This document shows positions 24,835 to 45,974 of a DNA stretch of 64,000 nucleotides, piece after piece. The translations under genes were made by a program, and so were the position numbers. Origin of the DNA: the human T2T-CHM13v2.0 reference genome, Homo sapiens; NCBI RefSeq assembly GCF_009914755.1, contig NC_060936.1; one strand, written 5' to 3'. Each line of letters begins with the position of its first letter. The first letter of the stretch is position 1. The notes beneath the pieces were generated by a model, which searched no databases, was not told the DNA's origin, and was given only the letters and a program-made list of their open reading frames with translations.

Positions 24835-26253
24835 TATTTATTGATCATTCTTGGGTGTTTCTCAGAGAGGGGGATTTGGCAGGGTCACAGGACAATAGTG
24901 GAGGGAAGGTCAGCAGATAAACATGTGAACAAGGGTCTCTGGTTTTTCTAGGCAGAGGACCCTGCGGCCTTCCGCTGTGTTTGTGTCCCTGGGTACTTGA
25001 GATTAGGGAGTGGTGATGACTCTTAACGAGCATGCTGCCTTCAAGCATCTGTTTAACAAAGCACATCTTGCACTGCCCTTAATCCATTTAACCCTGAGTG
25101 GACACAGCACATGTTTCAGAGAGCACGGGGTTGGGGGTAAGGTTACAGATTAACAGCATCCCAAGGCAGAAGAATTCTTCTTAGTACAGAACAAAATGGA
25201 GTCTCCTATGTCTACTTCGTTCTACACAGACACAGTAACAATCTGATCTCTTTCTTTTCCCCACATTTCCCCCTTTTCTATTCGACAAAACTGCCATCGT
25301 CATCATGGCCCATTCTCAATGAGCTGTTGGGTACACCTCCCAGACGGGGCGGCTGCCGGGCGGAGACGCTCCTCACTTCCCAGACGGGGCGGCTGCCGGG
25401 CGGAGACGCTCCTTACTTCCCAGACGGGGCGGCTGCCGGGCGGAGGGGCTCCTCACTTCTCAGACGGGGCAGCCGGGCAGAGATGCTCCTTACCTCCTAG
25501 ACGGGGTGGTGGTGGGGCAGAGACACTCCTCAGATCCCAGATGGGGTCATGGTGGGGCAGAGGTGCTCCTCACATCCCAGATGGGGCGGCGGGGCAGAGG
25601 CGCTCCCCACATCTCAGACGTTGGGCGGCCGGGCAGAGACGCTCCTCACTTCCTAGACGGGATGGCGGCCGGGAAGAGGCGCTCCTCACTTCCCAGACTG
25701 GGCGGCCGGGCAGAGGGGCTCCTCACATCCCAGACGATGGGCAGCCAGGCAGAGACGCTCCTCACTTCCCAGGCGGGGTGGCGGCCGGGCAGAGGCTGCA
25801 GTCTCGGCACTTTGGGAGGCCAAGGCAGGCGGCTGGGAGGTGGAGGTTGTAGCGAGCCGAGATCGCGCCACTGCACTCCAGCCTGGGCAACATTGAGCAC
25901 TGAGTGAGCGAGACTCCACCTGCAATCCCGGCACCTCGGGAGGCCCAGGCGGGCAGATCACTCGCGGTCAGGAGCTGGAGACCAGCCCGGCCAGCCCGGC
26001 CAACACAGCGAAACCCCGTCTCCACCAAAAAATACAAAAACCAGTCAGGCGTGGCGGCGCACACCTGCAATCCCAGGCACTCGGCAGGTTGAGGCAGGAG
26101 AATCAGGCAGGGAGGTTGCAGTGAGCCGAGATGGCGGCAGTACAGTCCAGCCTCGGCTGGGCATCAGAGGGAGACCGTGGAAAGTGGGAGACGGGAGAGG
26201 GAGAGGGAGAGGAGGGAGAGGGAGAGGAGGGAGAGGAGGGAGAGGGAGAGGGA
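24801..26253 (-). mobile_element. Full-length SVA retrotransposon, antisense in CREBL2 intron 1
   Basis: Poly(T), SINE-R (24835-25320), GC-rich VNTR (~25335-25790), Alu-like domain, (CCCTCT)n hexamer region at 26190-26253; TSD TCATTTTAGTAATTCTT at 24784-24800 and 26254-26270, followed by AA. Confidence 0.97.
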
Positions 26254-26478
26254 TCATTTTAGTAATTCTTAAGTATATGCTGTTGTATAAGATTTGTAAC
26301 ACCTACACTACCCTTTGCTCCAGACTATGCTCCAGATGGGACAGGGGCAGTGGGGTGGGACATAAAATGAACTTAAGCTCTGTCATTAAGTTAGATAGTG
26401 TGAGAAAGGTAGTCTCCTGAGGCCACCTCCATGTTTACCACTAGGAAAAAGTGCTTGTTTTTATGAAAATTTCTTCTT

Positions 26479-28824
<2,346 letters not shown>

Positions 28825-30829
28825 TTACAATATACCTGGTAAACAAGGCTGACAAATTTGGGTCAGTATCTTTCAGAGTGGAAGAGACCTGGTGAATCAG
28901 ATTCTTTCGGGATAGGGTCTGGGAATTTAAATTTTAATAGGCTTCCCAGTTGAGTGGCTCTTATGTGTAATGAGGTTTGAAAACCAAGGCCATAAATGTT
29001 GGGGAGCCATTGAAGGGTTTTAAAGCAGAAGTGACAAAATCTGATTTGTGTTTTTGAAGAAAAATGCCAATGGCTATATGGAGAACAGATTAGGGTGAAA
29101 ATGTAGGAACTGGGACAAGACCAGAGGCAGACGGTCCGATTATGAAAGAACATGGGTTTTAGCATATGACTGGAGTTCAAATCTCATTTTCACCCTTTCA
29201 AACTGTTGTGATTTTGGACAGATTATTTAATCTCTTCAGATATTACTTTCTTCAGATACGGATTGGGTGTGTTAATAAGGACCTTATTGAGTTATTGTGA
29301 GAATTAAATGTAATATATGTGTGATCCCATACCAAAATAACTTAATACATACTGAGTTCAATAAATCCTGGTCTTTTTTGAATTCTCACTGGCATGGTTA
29401 GATTGCACAGAAGAAAGGCCTGGACTGAAGACCATATTAGAGACTTTACAATGTAAGTTGCAGTTGATGCGGCGTGCATAAAATTCTGAAAAGATAAAGA
29501 GTGAAGAGAATAGAGAGCTAAAGAGAACCCTGGAAAACTCTAAAGTGATCAGAAGATTCTTGAAGAATAGGACTCAGCAAAATAAACTGAAAAGAGAGGT
29601 CAGTGACGTAAGAGAACCAGAAGACAGGGCTGTTATGCCATCTAAGAGTGGAGAGACTTTTAAAAAGAGGACTTACCAGTTGTGGGGGATGAGGGAGGGG
29701 ATAGGGGTTGAGAGAGGAGAGGCAGAAGTTAACTCTCAGGCTAGAGATGCCTACTTGATCTTTCTCCTGTCGACTAGAAAAACTGGCAGAAAGGTTAGCA
29801 GCAGGAAGATGTGAGTAGACTTTGCTGCTTTCTGTAGATCTGGCAAATATAAAAAGAGAAGAAGCCTAACCCACAGCTGTGAAGGAAGTTATGGGAGCCT
29901 TAACATCAAATGAAAACGCCACTGCTTGTTTTTTTTCTTTAAAGTGGTAAAGAGCAGTGGCTAGCCACATTCATATTTATCTTAATTTTTCTTTAATCCG
30001 TGGGAGATAACTTTTCTCTTTATGTTTTTAAGAGAAAGACAAAACAAGCCCTCCTGTTTTCCTTTTTGGCTGAGGCTGCTGGTACTTCTTCATCTAAATA
30101 CAGTAGTTCTCTTAACTTTAACAACTTGAAACTTTTATTAGTTGCCTTAATTAGAGCATCAGGATGTAAATAAGTGTAAAAAGGGTGATAAAAGAAGAGT
30201 TCTTAATTGCTTTTCAGATTTTACATCCCTGAGAGGGAGCATTTCTTTGTAACAACTTCTTTTTTTTTTTTTTTTTGTAACAACTTCTTTAAAGTTGTTG
30301 GTGATAGTAGTATCAGTTTAAATCACTTTCAAAATATTGCTGATTTTTCTTTTTCATTTCATTAAATTATCAATCTTTTAATAAATATCTCTTAAATGCC
30401 TGGCTCTGTGCTGGATACTATGGGGTTGCAAAAGAAGTAGAAAACACAGCTTCTGTGCTCGAGGAGCTCAGACTACTTGGGGAGATAGAAAAATGTGTGA
30501 GTCCACTAAAAAAAAAATAAAGCATATAAATTCAGTGGGATATTAACTCTGTGTTCCAGAACTTTGAAGAAAAATGACTTATGGACTGAGGGTGGTGGTC
30601 AGTGAGAGCTTCAGAGAAAGAGGGCTAGAGCTGATCTTAACAAAATAAAACAAGATTTGCCCTTCTGGATGGTGGGAGGATAGAGGGAAAATAGAAATGT
30701 AGGTATAGTTAGAAATGCAGGGGATGGGGTTCAGGCTGGTGGTCTCTAGGGAGACTGGCTTGAGTTGATAGAGAGGGTGCCTGCTGGGGATAATGAAAGA
30801 GAGAACTGGCTTTTTGTGGGAATCCTGGA

Positions 30830-31295
30830 TGCAGTGGGCTGAATGGTGGCCCCTAAAAAGATATGTCCATGTCTGAATCCCTGGAACCTGTGGTTATCAC
30901 CTTATATGGTAAAACAATGAATATTACCTTGTATGGCAAAAGATGTGATTAAGGATTTTGAGAAGAGGAGCTTATCCTCCATTATGTGGATGGGCCGTAA
31001 ATCCAGTGACAAGTGTCCTTATAAGACTAAGGTAGAGGGAGCTTTGATGGACAGATGAGGAAGCAGCGTGACCACTGAGGCAGATTGCAGTGATGTGGCT
31101 ACAAGTCAAGGAATGCTGGCAGCCACCAGAAGCTGGAGAGGCAAAGAATGGATTCTTCCCCATGACCTCCAGAGGGAATGCAGCTCCACCAGACTGCTCC
31201 AGTCTGGACTTCCAGAGCCAGAGAATAAATTTTTGTTGGTTTAAGCCACCACATTTGTGGTAATTTGTTACAGCAGCCCCAAGAAATGAGTATAC
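30830..31295 (+). mobile_element. MLT1 (MaLR) solo LTR
   Basis: GGGCTGAATGGTGGCCCCTAAAAAGATATGTCC ... GGTAATTTGTTACAGCAGCC. Confidence 0.8.
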
Positions 31296-31588
31296 TGGAT
31301 ATGGTGACTTAGTAAGTAGTGCTGAGCCAGAGGTCTTTTCTTGAACTCGAGGGTGACATGGCCAGGGGCCATTAGAGAAAATTTATTATTTCTATAATGA
31401 TCAGGTATTACTTTTTTACAGGGAAGAAAAACACCCTAAAGTTATTAAAAGAAAGGTTAATCTGGCAGCTCTTTGCAAAATGAATTGACTAGGGAAGTGG
31501 GGTGGAAACGGAGAGATGGTGGGGAGATGCACTGGGAACCTATTGTAACAACCTGTGAGTAGTGCCCTGACTGGTATTAGGGAGTCAG

Positions 31589-32433
31589 TGAAGCAGGATA
31601 TTTCCCTGACCCTTTCACGGGACTCACAACGGGTGCCTCATATACTCAGCCCACCACTCTCAACTCCTTGCAGGAGGGAGCATGTGAGCAAATGAGTGAG
31701 GGAACTGGAGTGAATGAGCACGGGAATCGGCCAGCTGCTTTGGTGCTAGCAGGAGTGAACTTTATGCAGGCCCAATGGCAGCATCCAGGTAGGGGTGCCT
31801 GAGACTTCCGAAGCCCCAGAGGGAGTGTTACAGTGCTCTTTGAGCTCTGCCATCCGTGGATAGCTCAACTGTTAATAGCTCAGTGGACTCTTTGCCTTTT
31901 CTTGTGAGGCAACTGCCTTCCACCAGCAAGGACAAAGGGCCAGTGTGACAGCCTTTTGTATCTGCACTTGTGGCTCCCAAGCTCTTATCCAGCGTCCAGG
32001 TAAAATGAGGTCACACAAATGAATTGAAGGATGGTGAATGCAGGGGATTTTATTGCTGATGAAAGTAGTTCTCAGCAGGAGGGGGAACTGAAAAGGGGAT
32101 GGGACTGGTAGGTAATCTTCCCTTGAAGTCCAGCTGTCTCCAGCCAGACTCTTCTCTGAAGTTATGCCGTCAAGCCATTCCTCTGAAGTCAAGCCACTTC
32201 TCTCTGACATCTAGCCGTAGTCTCGTCTACCAGTCTCGTCTGGGGGTTTTATAGGCACAGGATGGGGTGGGGCAGGGCCATGGGTGATTTAGGAAAAGGC
32301 AACATTCGAGTGGGAAAACAGGGATGTAAGTTCTCATTTTGGGCCGTCATTTCAGGCTTTTCGGCTTGAGGATGGGGTTTTGTCGGGGACCCACCCTTTT
32401 CTGTCTAGAATTTTCTGTCCCCTGTCCCTCTCA
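31589..32433 (-). mobile_element. ERV1 solo LTR (MER52/LTR27/LTR28-like)
   Basis: TG...CA ends; minus-strand TATAAAA box and AATAAA; similar to the LTR at 61040. Confidence 0.7.
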
Positions 32434-33704
32434 GTAGGAATGGAGAAGAAGAGAGAAATCAGAGGTTTATAAAGGAATACATTGGCATCACTTTAGTGGG
32501 TGAGCATGGAGAATCACAATAGCAGAGGGAAACTTCAATGAGGTGTAACATGAAAAAGTTTGTTAGTTAACCTCCTTAGCATACCCCTTAACTGAGTGCC
32601 TAATATCAAAGTGAGTTACATTAAATGAATGACTGTATAGCATAAATACAGCAGTGCATTTAATGCACCTGTCAGTGTTAGAGCTTTTTCAGGAAATTAT
32701 ATGATCAGATTAATGTGTCCTGTCTGAGATGTGGATGGTAATAGGCATGCTTGATTACCTTCTGACAGGTTGCCATGATACAAATCTAGGGACTTGGGTT
32801 CTAGTCCTTGCTCTGATGGAAGTCTCTGGACTAAAATCTTGTCATCTATGAAATGAAGAGATCACATATCCTTATCTGTGTCTATGTATACACATCCCTC
32901 CACCACCAGCATTCTTGTCTATATTGATATTCTGCTATCTGCAATGTTATTGTTTATTTCATATCTGCTTCTTTTCACTAGTCTAAATACATTAAGATTA
33001 AGTGTCCTATTGTTTTGTATTTATCCCTAGAGTTTTACAGTGTTTGGGACAAAGTGGGTATTTAATAAAGGGTCATTGAATAAAGGAATTAATGTGCTCC
33101 TCTTTACCTGAAAAAGATGAGGATAATAGTGCTTACCTCATCTGAGGTAATGTGAAATAACATGAGATAGCGTGTAGAGTGCCTCACTCAAGGCCTTGTT
33201 CATAATGAGCGCTTTCTGACCACACACCCTGGTTTAGCCCCGAATTTATGTTTTTATTCTGTTTGTCCTGAAAAATGGGAGGTAAATGGTCCAAGAATCT
33301 TTGGAATAGGATTAAATGTGGGTGCTGGAGGCTTCCTCATTTTAAGAAGCCCCAGTTAACTCCTAAAGAGCATGCAACTATAATTATATGTTCTCTTTCT
33401 GTGGAAGTTAAACTTGTTGACTGTGAAGCCTAGGCCATCCATAATTTCCTCAGGCCTTTGCAGACTGATTTCTATTTTGTCTTTCGCTGTAATGGTTAAT
33501 TATAGAATTATCAGCAATCCCTCCCTTGATTAAATCCAGTTTTATCTTAATTCTCAACCTTAAAACTCATGAGTTAGAACCTTATGCTTGACCCCTCCCC
33601 TCCAGAATACTCATTCTTCTCATAAGCTTCTGTATCTGTGCTACCTTGATTCTTTCCTTTCAGCTATTTTTGCTTTTTCAGGCTCACTAGGCAACCATGT
33701 CTTT

Positions 33705-38095
<4,391 letters not shown>

Positions 38096-39186
38096 TTTTT
38101 TAACTGTCATTTATTAAATACTGATTACCAGGTACTAAGAATTATATGACACAGTTCCAGGTGCTTACTTTGAAAAAGTCATGACCTTTAGTTTAGCTTG
38201 TCTTAAAAGAGAAAGTGTTTAAAACAGGGAGTTGGAAAATTGGGACCTTTAGTCTTGCTTGTAATCAGTAGACTTTAACACTTTTGACATATAATGAAGA
38301 CAGACTTAGTATTTCAGAAACCTTACTGATGTCTAACATCTTTAATAGCCCACCTTTGTGAAAGAAGCTCTCTGTGAAGGGTAAGAAAAATCACTGGCTA
38401 GCGGGTTTCTTTTCTAAGTGATTGGAGGTAGGGAGACAGGTCTTTATTGTTTCCCTTGGGCTCACTGTCCGCATCTCACAAATGTGCTCTAGGGCAGAAA
38501 AAGACATAAAATGGATAGTGGGTAAAGAGGTATACTGTTTTAAAGCCAGCTGTTTAAATTTTCACATGACTCTATGTCAGTAGAAATAAAATTAGAACAG
38601 GAAAAAAAGCTAGATGTGTGGGGTTATTTTCATAGTTTTCTTTGGAGTTTATGTCGGTACATGAAAGTCAGTAATTTTGTTTACCCATATTAATATGCTT
38701 CCTCACAGAAGTTATCAGGAAAGAGCAAGGGAACAATGTGGTTATCATTGAGTTTGTGAAAACTATGAATTGTGAAGAATGGTCTTTTGGCCCAGGAATT
38801 AGTGGGCTTGATTTCAGTTTTAGCTGCTGGTTCTTGGTTCCTAATTAACGCCCCCTATCTGTTCCTCAGTCTTTATGGCTTATGAAATATATAAAGTTTA
38901 GTAGTTAAGGCAACTGGTACTAACCTACATTTGTGTAATACTTTTTTCTCTTTTATTTTTTTAATCTCCTCAAATTCCTTTTACCAAATACTTTTTTTCT
39001 TTATAAAGTAGTCTCATATACATTGTTATAGCTAAGATTTACAATAATCCTGTGTTATACTTACTCTCTTAGAACTTTAGGCATTAGCTGTTACAAAAAG
39101 CCAAAACATTTGGTTTATTACTGAGAAAAAGTTAAGCTAGAGAAGTGGTGATTATGTAGTTTTAAATGTAACTTTATAGGAAATGA

Positions 39187-39532
<346 letters not shown>

Positions 39533-40108
39533 AGCCTTTCTAATTAAAAAAAAAGGAATAACACAGTTCCAATTAAAATATTTTGCTGCCATAAAAACTA
39601 AACAAAGGGTTATAGCTTTTATTTTATATTTTTATGATTGCTAGGTTTGTTTCAAAAATCAGTGAAGTCCATGAAGTACACTGTGTTCTCTTTCTGGCGT
39701 CTCAAAAGCAGCTACTCCTGAATTAATTAAAAAGAGCAATATATGAGGTATTGGATTATAGTGTTGTATGATTAATGACTCATTTTACTACATGAAGAAT
39801 AGATGTCATTATCCATTTATTTCACTACAGACATGAGTTCTTGATGTAATATATAAGCTTTTCAAAAAGTGTATTCAATAGTAAATACACTTTGTTTTAA
39901 CTCAGGTTGATTTCAAAATATTTTATTAAAATTATGTGATTGATGAGATATAAGCATAATTTTAAATTTAACCCATTTTAATATCTGGATGAACTAGGTC
40001 ATCCTGCAATTGCTTTCAAATATTTGGCTCTGAAGAAAGTTTCATTATTTTTATATATATATATAAATTTTTTTAATTTTTATTTTTTATTTTTTACTTT
40101 TTGTTTGA

Positions 40109-40423
<315 letters not shown>

Positions 40424-40451
40424 TGACGATTGGGCCAGGCCCGGTGGATCA

Positions 40452-40589
<138 letters not shown>

Positions 40590-42932
40590 TCAAAACAAAC
40601 AAACAAACAAAAAACATGACGATGATGCAGAAGAGAAAAGCTTTAAAAGACCAGGTTTTGAAAACTTGAAACTAACTTGGAAGCAGTACTGAAGAACCTG
40701 GCTTTAAGACGGTGATGGAAAGGACAGATTTTTTTTCCCCAGAGCCTTGGAGTAATCTGTGTCATTTCAGAGCCACCCCACAAAAATGCTAGATACAATG
40801 GTTGGCCATCATGATGTGACAGAGTTTGGTAAATGTGGCTGATTCACATTTAAAGCTTGGTTTTCTTGACCTAACTATTAGACTTAGTAATGATCTCATC
40901 TTTTTAGGGTACTTAGCATTGTGAATGTGATACTAATAGTGATTTCAAACAAATCAGAGTTTTTGTTTCCAAACAGATATTGACCCTTTGAGTTTTGCTA
41001 TCTGGGAAGGCACCTACATTTATTCTAATGATTTGCCAGTGTTTGAATTTTGCATCTTCTCTTTTAGAATTGCCTTTAAAGCCTTAGCAATATTCCTGTC
41101 AGGACACTAAAGATATAAAATGTTTATTCTTCGAGGGCGATTTTCAGAAAGAGCTAGACATCAGTCATTCAGAACCATGTCAGAAAAATAAAGTGGATAA
41201 TCAGATTGGGAATTTAAAGAATAGTATATAGTTCTAACATATTGTGTTATGCCTTATAAAACTTATAAAAACAGGCTCCAATACTACTTTTCAGAAAATC
41301 TTTGAACTGTGGCATTATTGGAATAAATGGTACCCCCTTTCAAGGTGACTGCATTAAAGAACACTTACTTGATGTGTAAGTTCAGGTTCAAGTGTTTAGT
41401 AATTCATCATCTTTACCATATAGTTACATCTTGCATAAAAACTTGGGAAGGTTTCAAAGCTAAACAATGAAGAAGATTAAATTACTTTGGCAGTCACCTA
41501 ATAATTGTGCCTAGGCAGGTAATTGAGTAACAGGAATATTGAGAGGTTGCTTTATGACATCAGTGGGAGCAGGGAGAAATCTACTGAGACAGTTGAGGCT
41601 TTCTGTTTGTTCCTTTGGGCTCAACAAATTTGAGGGAATTTATAGCCAAATTCCTTAGGATACATATTTATGTGTGTATATATATACGATTTTATACACA
41701 TATTTTATATTTTATTATCTAATTTGAAAATCATAAAAATATAGGTGAGGAAAAGCTATTTATAATTACACCTATCAGAGAAGTCTTCACTGACCTTGTT
41801 AACTTCCTTTCTTCTATGTATTGTCTTATAATGTTGAGATCATAATGAACTTACAGTTTTGAATGTTGAGTTCTTTAAATGTATTTTGTTGCAATTATTT
41901 TTCTCAAGGCAATAAAAACTTCTTCATGAGTCCAGGCACAATGGCTCACACCTGTAATCCCAGCACTTTGAGAGGCGGAGGCAGGAGGATCGCTTGAGGC
42001 CGGGAGTTTGAGACCAGCCTGGTCAACATAGCAAGACACCATCTCTACAAAGCGATTTTTTTTTTTTAATTAGCCAGGCATGGTGATGCTCACCTGTAGA
42101 CCCAGCTACTAGGGAGGCTGAGGCAGAAGATCACTTGAACTCAGGAATTCAAGACCGCAGTGAGCTATGATGGTGCCACTGTGCTCCAGCCTGGGTAACA
42201 GAGTAAGCGAGAACCTGTCTCAAAAAAAGAAAAAAAAGTGGGGCCTGGCACCATGGCTTACTCCTAGCACCTTGGGAGGCCAAGGCAAATGGATCAGTTA
42301 AGCCTAGGAGTTGGAGACCAGCCTGGGCAACATGGTGAAACCCCATCTCTAAAAACAACAACAAAAATAGAAAAATTAGCCAGGCATGGTGGCTCATGCC
42401 TATAGTTACAGCGACACGGGAGGCTGAAGTGGAAGGATCACCTGAGCCCTGGAGGTCAAGGCTGCAGTTAACCATGATTGTACTACTGAACTCTAGCCTG
42501 AGTGACAGAGTGAGACCCTGTCTGGAAAAAAAAAAAAAAAAAATTGTCATGAACAAAATATTTAGTAGACATTTTTCTTATCTATCTCCATATGGTTTGT
42601 AAAGTTTACTGGTGAGCTAAATAAATAAATAAATAAAGTTTTTATTATCTCCATATGGTTTGTAAAGTTTACTGGTGAGCTATTTAAACTTTATTATCAA
42701 ATAAATAATAAAAATGTATATTATTTCTTCTTTCACATTCATGGTTTCAAAAGTGTCAGAAAATAAATTAGGGAAAGACCCAGAAGGCATTTGATGGGAT
42801 TATGCTTTCTTAGTTCCGTAGGGCTTCACTCACGTTTTGTTTATAAATGTTCTCTTTGCTAATATGCAGCCATATTCACTTTTCTGTACACAGAACTAAG
42901 GAAAAAATTATTTCTTCTCTCGCTTGCTGAAG

Positions 42933-43130
42933 GTGGTTGGAGGCAAAGTAAAGAAGCCCGGTAAACGTGGTCGGAAGCCAGCCAAAATTGACTTGAAAGC
43001 AAAACTTGAGAGGAGCCGGCAGAGTGCAAGAGAATGCCGAGCCCGAAAAAAGCTGAGATATCAGTATTTGGAAGAGTTGGTATCCAGTCGAGAAAGAGCT
43101 ATATGTGCCCTCAGAGAGGAACTGGAAATG
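42933..43130 (+). CDS. CREBL2: CREBL2 coding exon 2 (basic region/leucine zipper; VVGGKVKK...REELEM)
   Basis: Pyrimidine tract plus AG acceptor at 42931-42932 and GTAAGA donor at 43131; 198 nt, phase 0-0; ORF 42924..43148 contains KLERSRQSARECRARKKLRYQYLEELVSSRERAICALREEL, which is bZIP-like. Confidence 0.97.
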
Positions 43131-43522
43131 GTAAGAAATCGTCAGTAAACACATGAAAAAATCACCTTAACAGTCAAATAAATAATACATTAAAATACGA
43201 AAATACCAGTTATCACCTGTCCAGTTGGCAAACATTGGAGAGAATATTAATCTGTTAGCCAGGATGGGGGCAAATAGGCATCTTCATACACTGCTGGTGG
43301 GAGCAGAGTGTACGTGACTGTTAACACTAAGGGATTGTTTATGAGAGAAGAAAATGGAAAATAACCCAGATGGACAATAATAAAGGACTGGTTAAATAAA
43401 TGTTACTACATCCATGTATTAGACTACTTCGTAGCCAGTAAAAATCACAATGCACATATATTTACTGATGTAGAAAGATACAATATATTGCTAAGTAGAC
43501 AAAGCAATATAACAATATGTAA

Positions 43523-43699
<177 letters not shown>

Positions 43700-44726
43700 T
43701 GAGTAGCTGGGACTACAGGTGCCCATCACCATGCCCGGCTAATTTTTTTTGTATTTTTAGTAGAGATGGGGTTTCACTGCATTAGTCAGGATGGTCTCAA
43801 TCTCCTGACCTCATGGTCCACTCGCCTTGGCCTCCCAAAGTGCTGGGATTACAGGCATCAGCCACTGTACCCAGCCAAGTGATTTTGTTTATTTTACATG
43901 TTTTATTCACTCATCCATTCAGCCTTTGGGCAGTGGCTGTAAAAATGTGAAAGAGAGTAGATAAAACAGAATTGAAACTCCATTATTGTGAGCTGAGGGA
44001 GGAAGTGACAGAAGAGAGAGATGATATTACTGTGATCATTACACAACTGGGACAGGCTTCTACAGGTTTTTAGAAAGTAAGACAACAAGGTTGGAACATG
44101 AAGAGGAGGGACATGAACAGTGTTGTATATATTGTCCAGATATATGCTATTCAGTAGATTTTTTTGATATGTTGAATGTGACATGCTATCAATTATTTCT
44201 TACTTTCTGCAGTGTAAGCCACTTGAGGGCAGAATCTTTGGTCAGCTTTGTCTTTGTATACCCCCAAAGTCCCTAGCATGCACTCTGGTAGATAGTAGAT
44301 GTTTAATGATTACTTGTTAAAGAGAGAAAGGAAATTACTAACATTTATTTCTTTATTTTGGGAGTAGAAATAATACTGTGACAATTATTAAAAAAAAAAA
44401 AGATTAATTCTAACTAGTGGCACACTGTGGGGAGATGTCCTTTTAACCACAGGGGCCTTTTAAATCTGAGCAACACTCCAGTACATCAAAGACAATTCAG
44501 CAGCAGTTTTTCCGCCTCTTCTGAAAGATGGCAGATCTCGTACATGTCCTCAGTTATAAATAGGTAATACCATGGAGGGTGGGATTCCCAGCAGCGAACG
44601 TGACCTCTAGCCATGGGAGTTCCTATGTCTAGGATTTCTACCAGTGGTTCCTGAACTCTGACAAGTAAAAGTTAATTTAAATATGTTTTAAATTTATATT
44701 TATATTTAAAATTAAATATGTTTCAG

Positions 44727-44871
44727 TACAAGCAGTGGTGCATGGCAATGGACCAAGGAAAAATCCCTTCTGAAATAAAGGCCCTACTCACTGGAGAAGA
44801 GCAGAACAAATCTCAGCAGAACTCAAGCAGGCATACCAAGGCTGGGAAGACAGATGCTAATAGCAATTCCT
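44727..44871 (+). CDS. CREBL2: CREBL2 coding exon 3 (YKQWCMAMDQG...DANSNS)
   Basis: TTTCAG acceptor ending 44726, GTAAGT donor at 44872; 145 nt; continues the exon 2 frame. Confidence 0.95.
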
Positions 44872-45287
44872 GTAAGTGCCATCAATGGGAGAATTTATAT
44901 TTAAGAGAGTGTCTCGGTTGGGCGCAGTGGCTCATGACTGTAATCCTAGCACTTTGGGAGGCCGAGGTGGGCAGATCGCTTGAGCCCAGGAGTTCAAGAC
45001 CAGACAGGGCAACATGGCAAAACCCCATCTCTACAAAAAAATACAAAAATTCGCTGGGCATGGGGGTGCATGCCTGTAATCCCAGCTATTTGGGAGACTG
45101 AGGTGGGAGGATCACCTGAGCCCAGGGATGTTGAGGCTGCGGTGAGCCATGATCATGAAACCCTGTCTCAAAAGGGGGGAACAAAAAGAGGGTATCTCAA
45201 GGTAGGGTATCTCAGGGTAGGGTTTCTGTTGACCACTTTTCTTAGTATGTCTTTAAATAAAATGTTGATGCCATTTTTAATACACTA

Positions 45288-45632
<345 letters not shown>

Positions 45633-45974
45633 TTAAAATGCATTTTACATGGAGTCTATAAAGAGCAACTGATAAATTTATCGAAATTTTATTATTAATA
45701 GACTTAGTCCATAAATGGGAGTGGCACGAATCTAGCTTTTTGTTAATAATAATACCTTTTATTTGTATTTTGATTTACAGTTTACAGAGTACTTTCATTT
45801 ATATTTATCTTAAATATTCCCTCCATTGATTGTGTTAAGGAATTATACTTATTTTATAGATGAAAAAATAGCAGAAAGGCTGGCTAAGGTGCCCAAGGTC
45901 ACACAGCTTTAATGGTAGAACCTGTCCTCACCTAATCCAGGCTGTCTAGTGCAGTAGCCCATCATCGTAAGGAT

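Noticed and set aside
25319-26420. Long ORFs (up to 177 aa) on both strands
   Set aside because: They lie in the GC-rich SVA VNTR, Alu-like and hexamer regions, where stop codons are naturally rare; no coding evidence.
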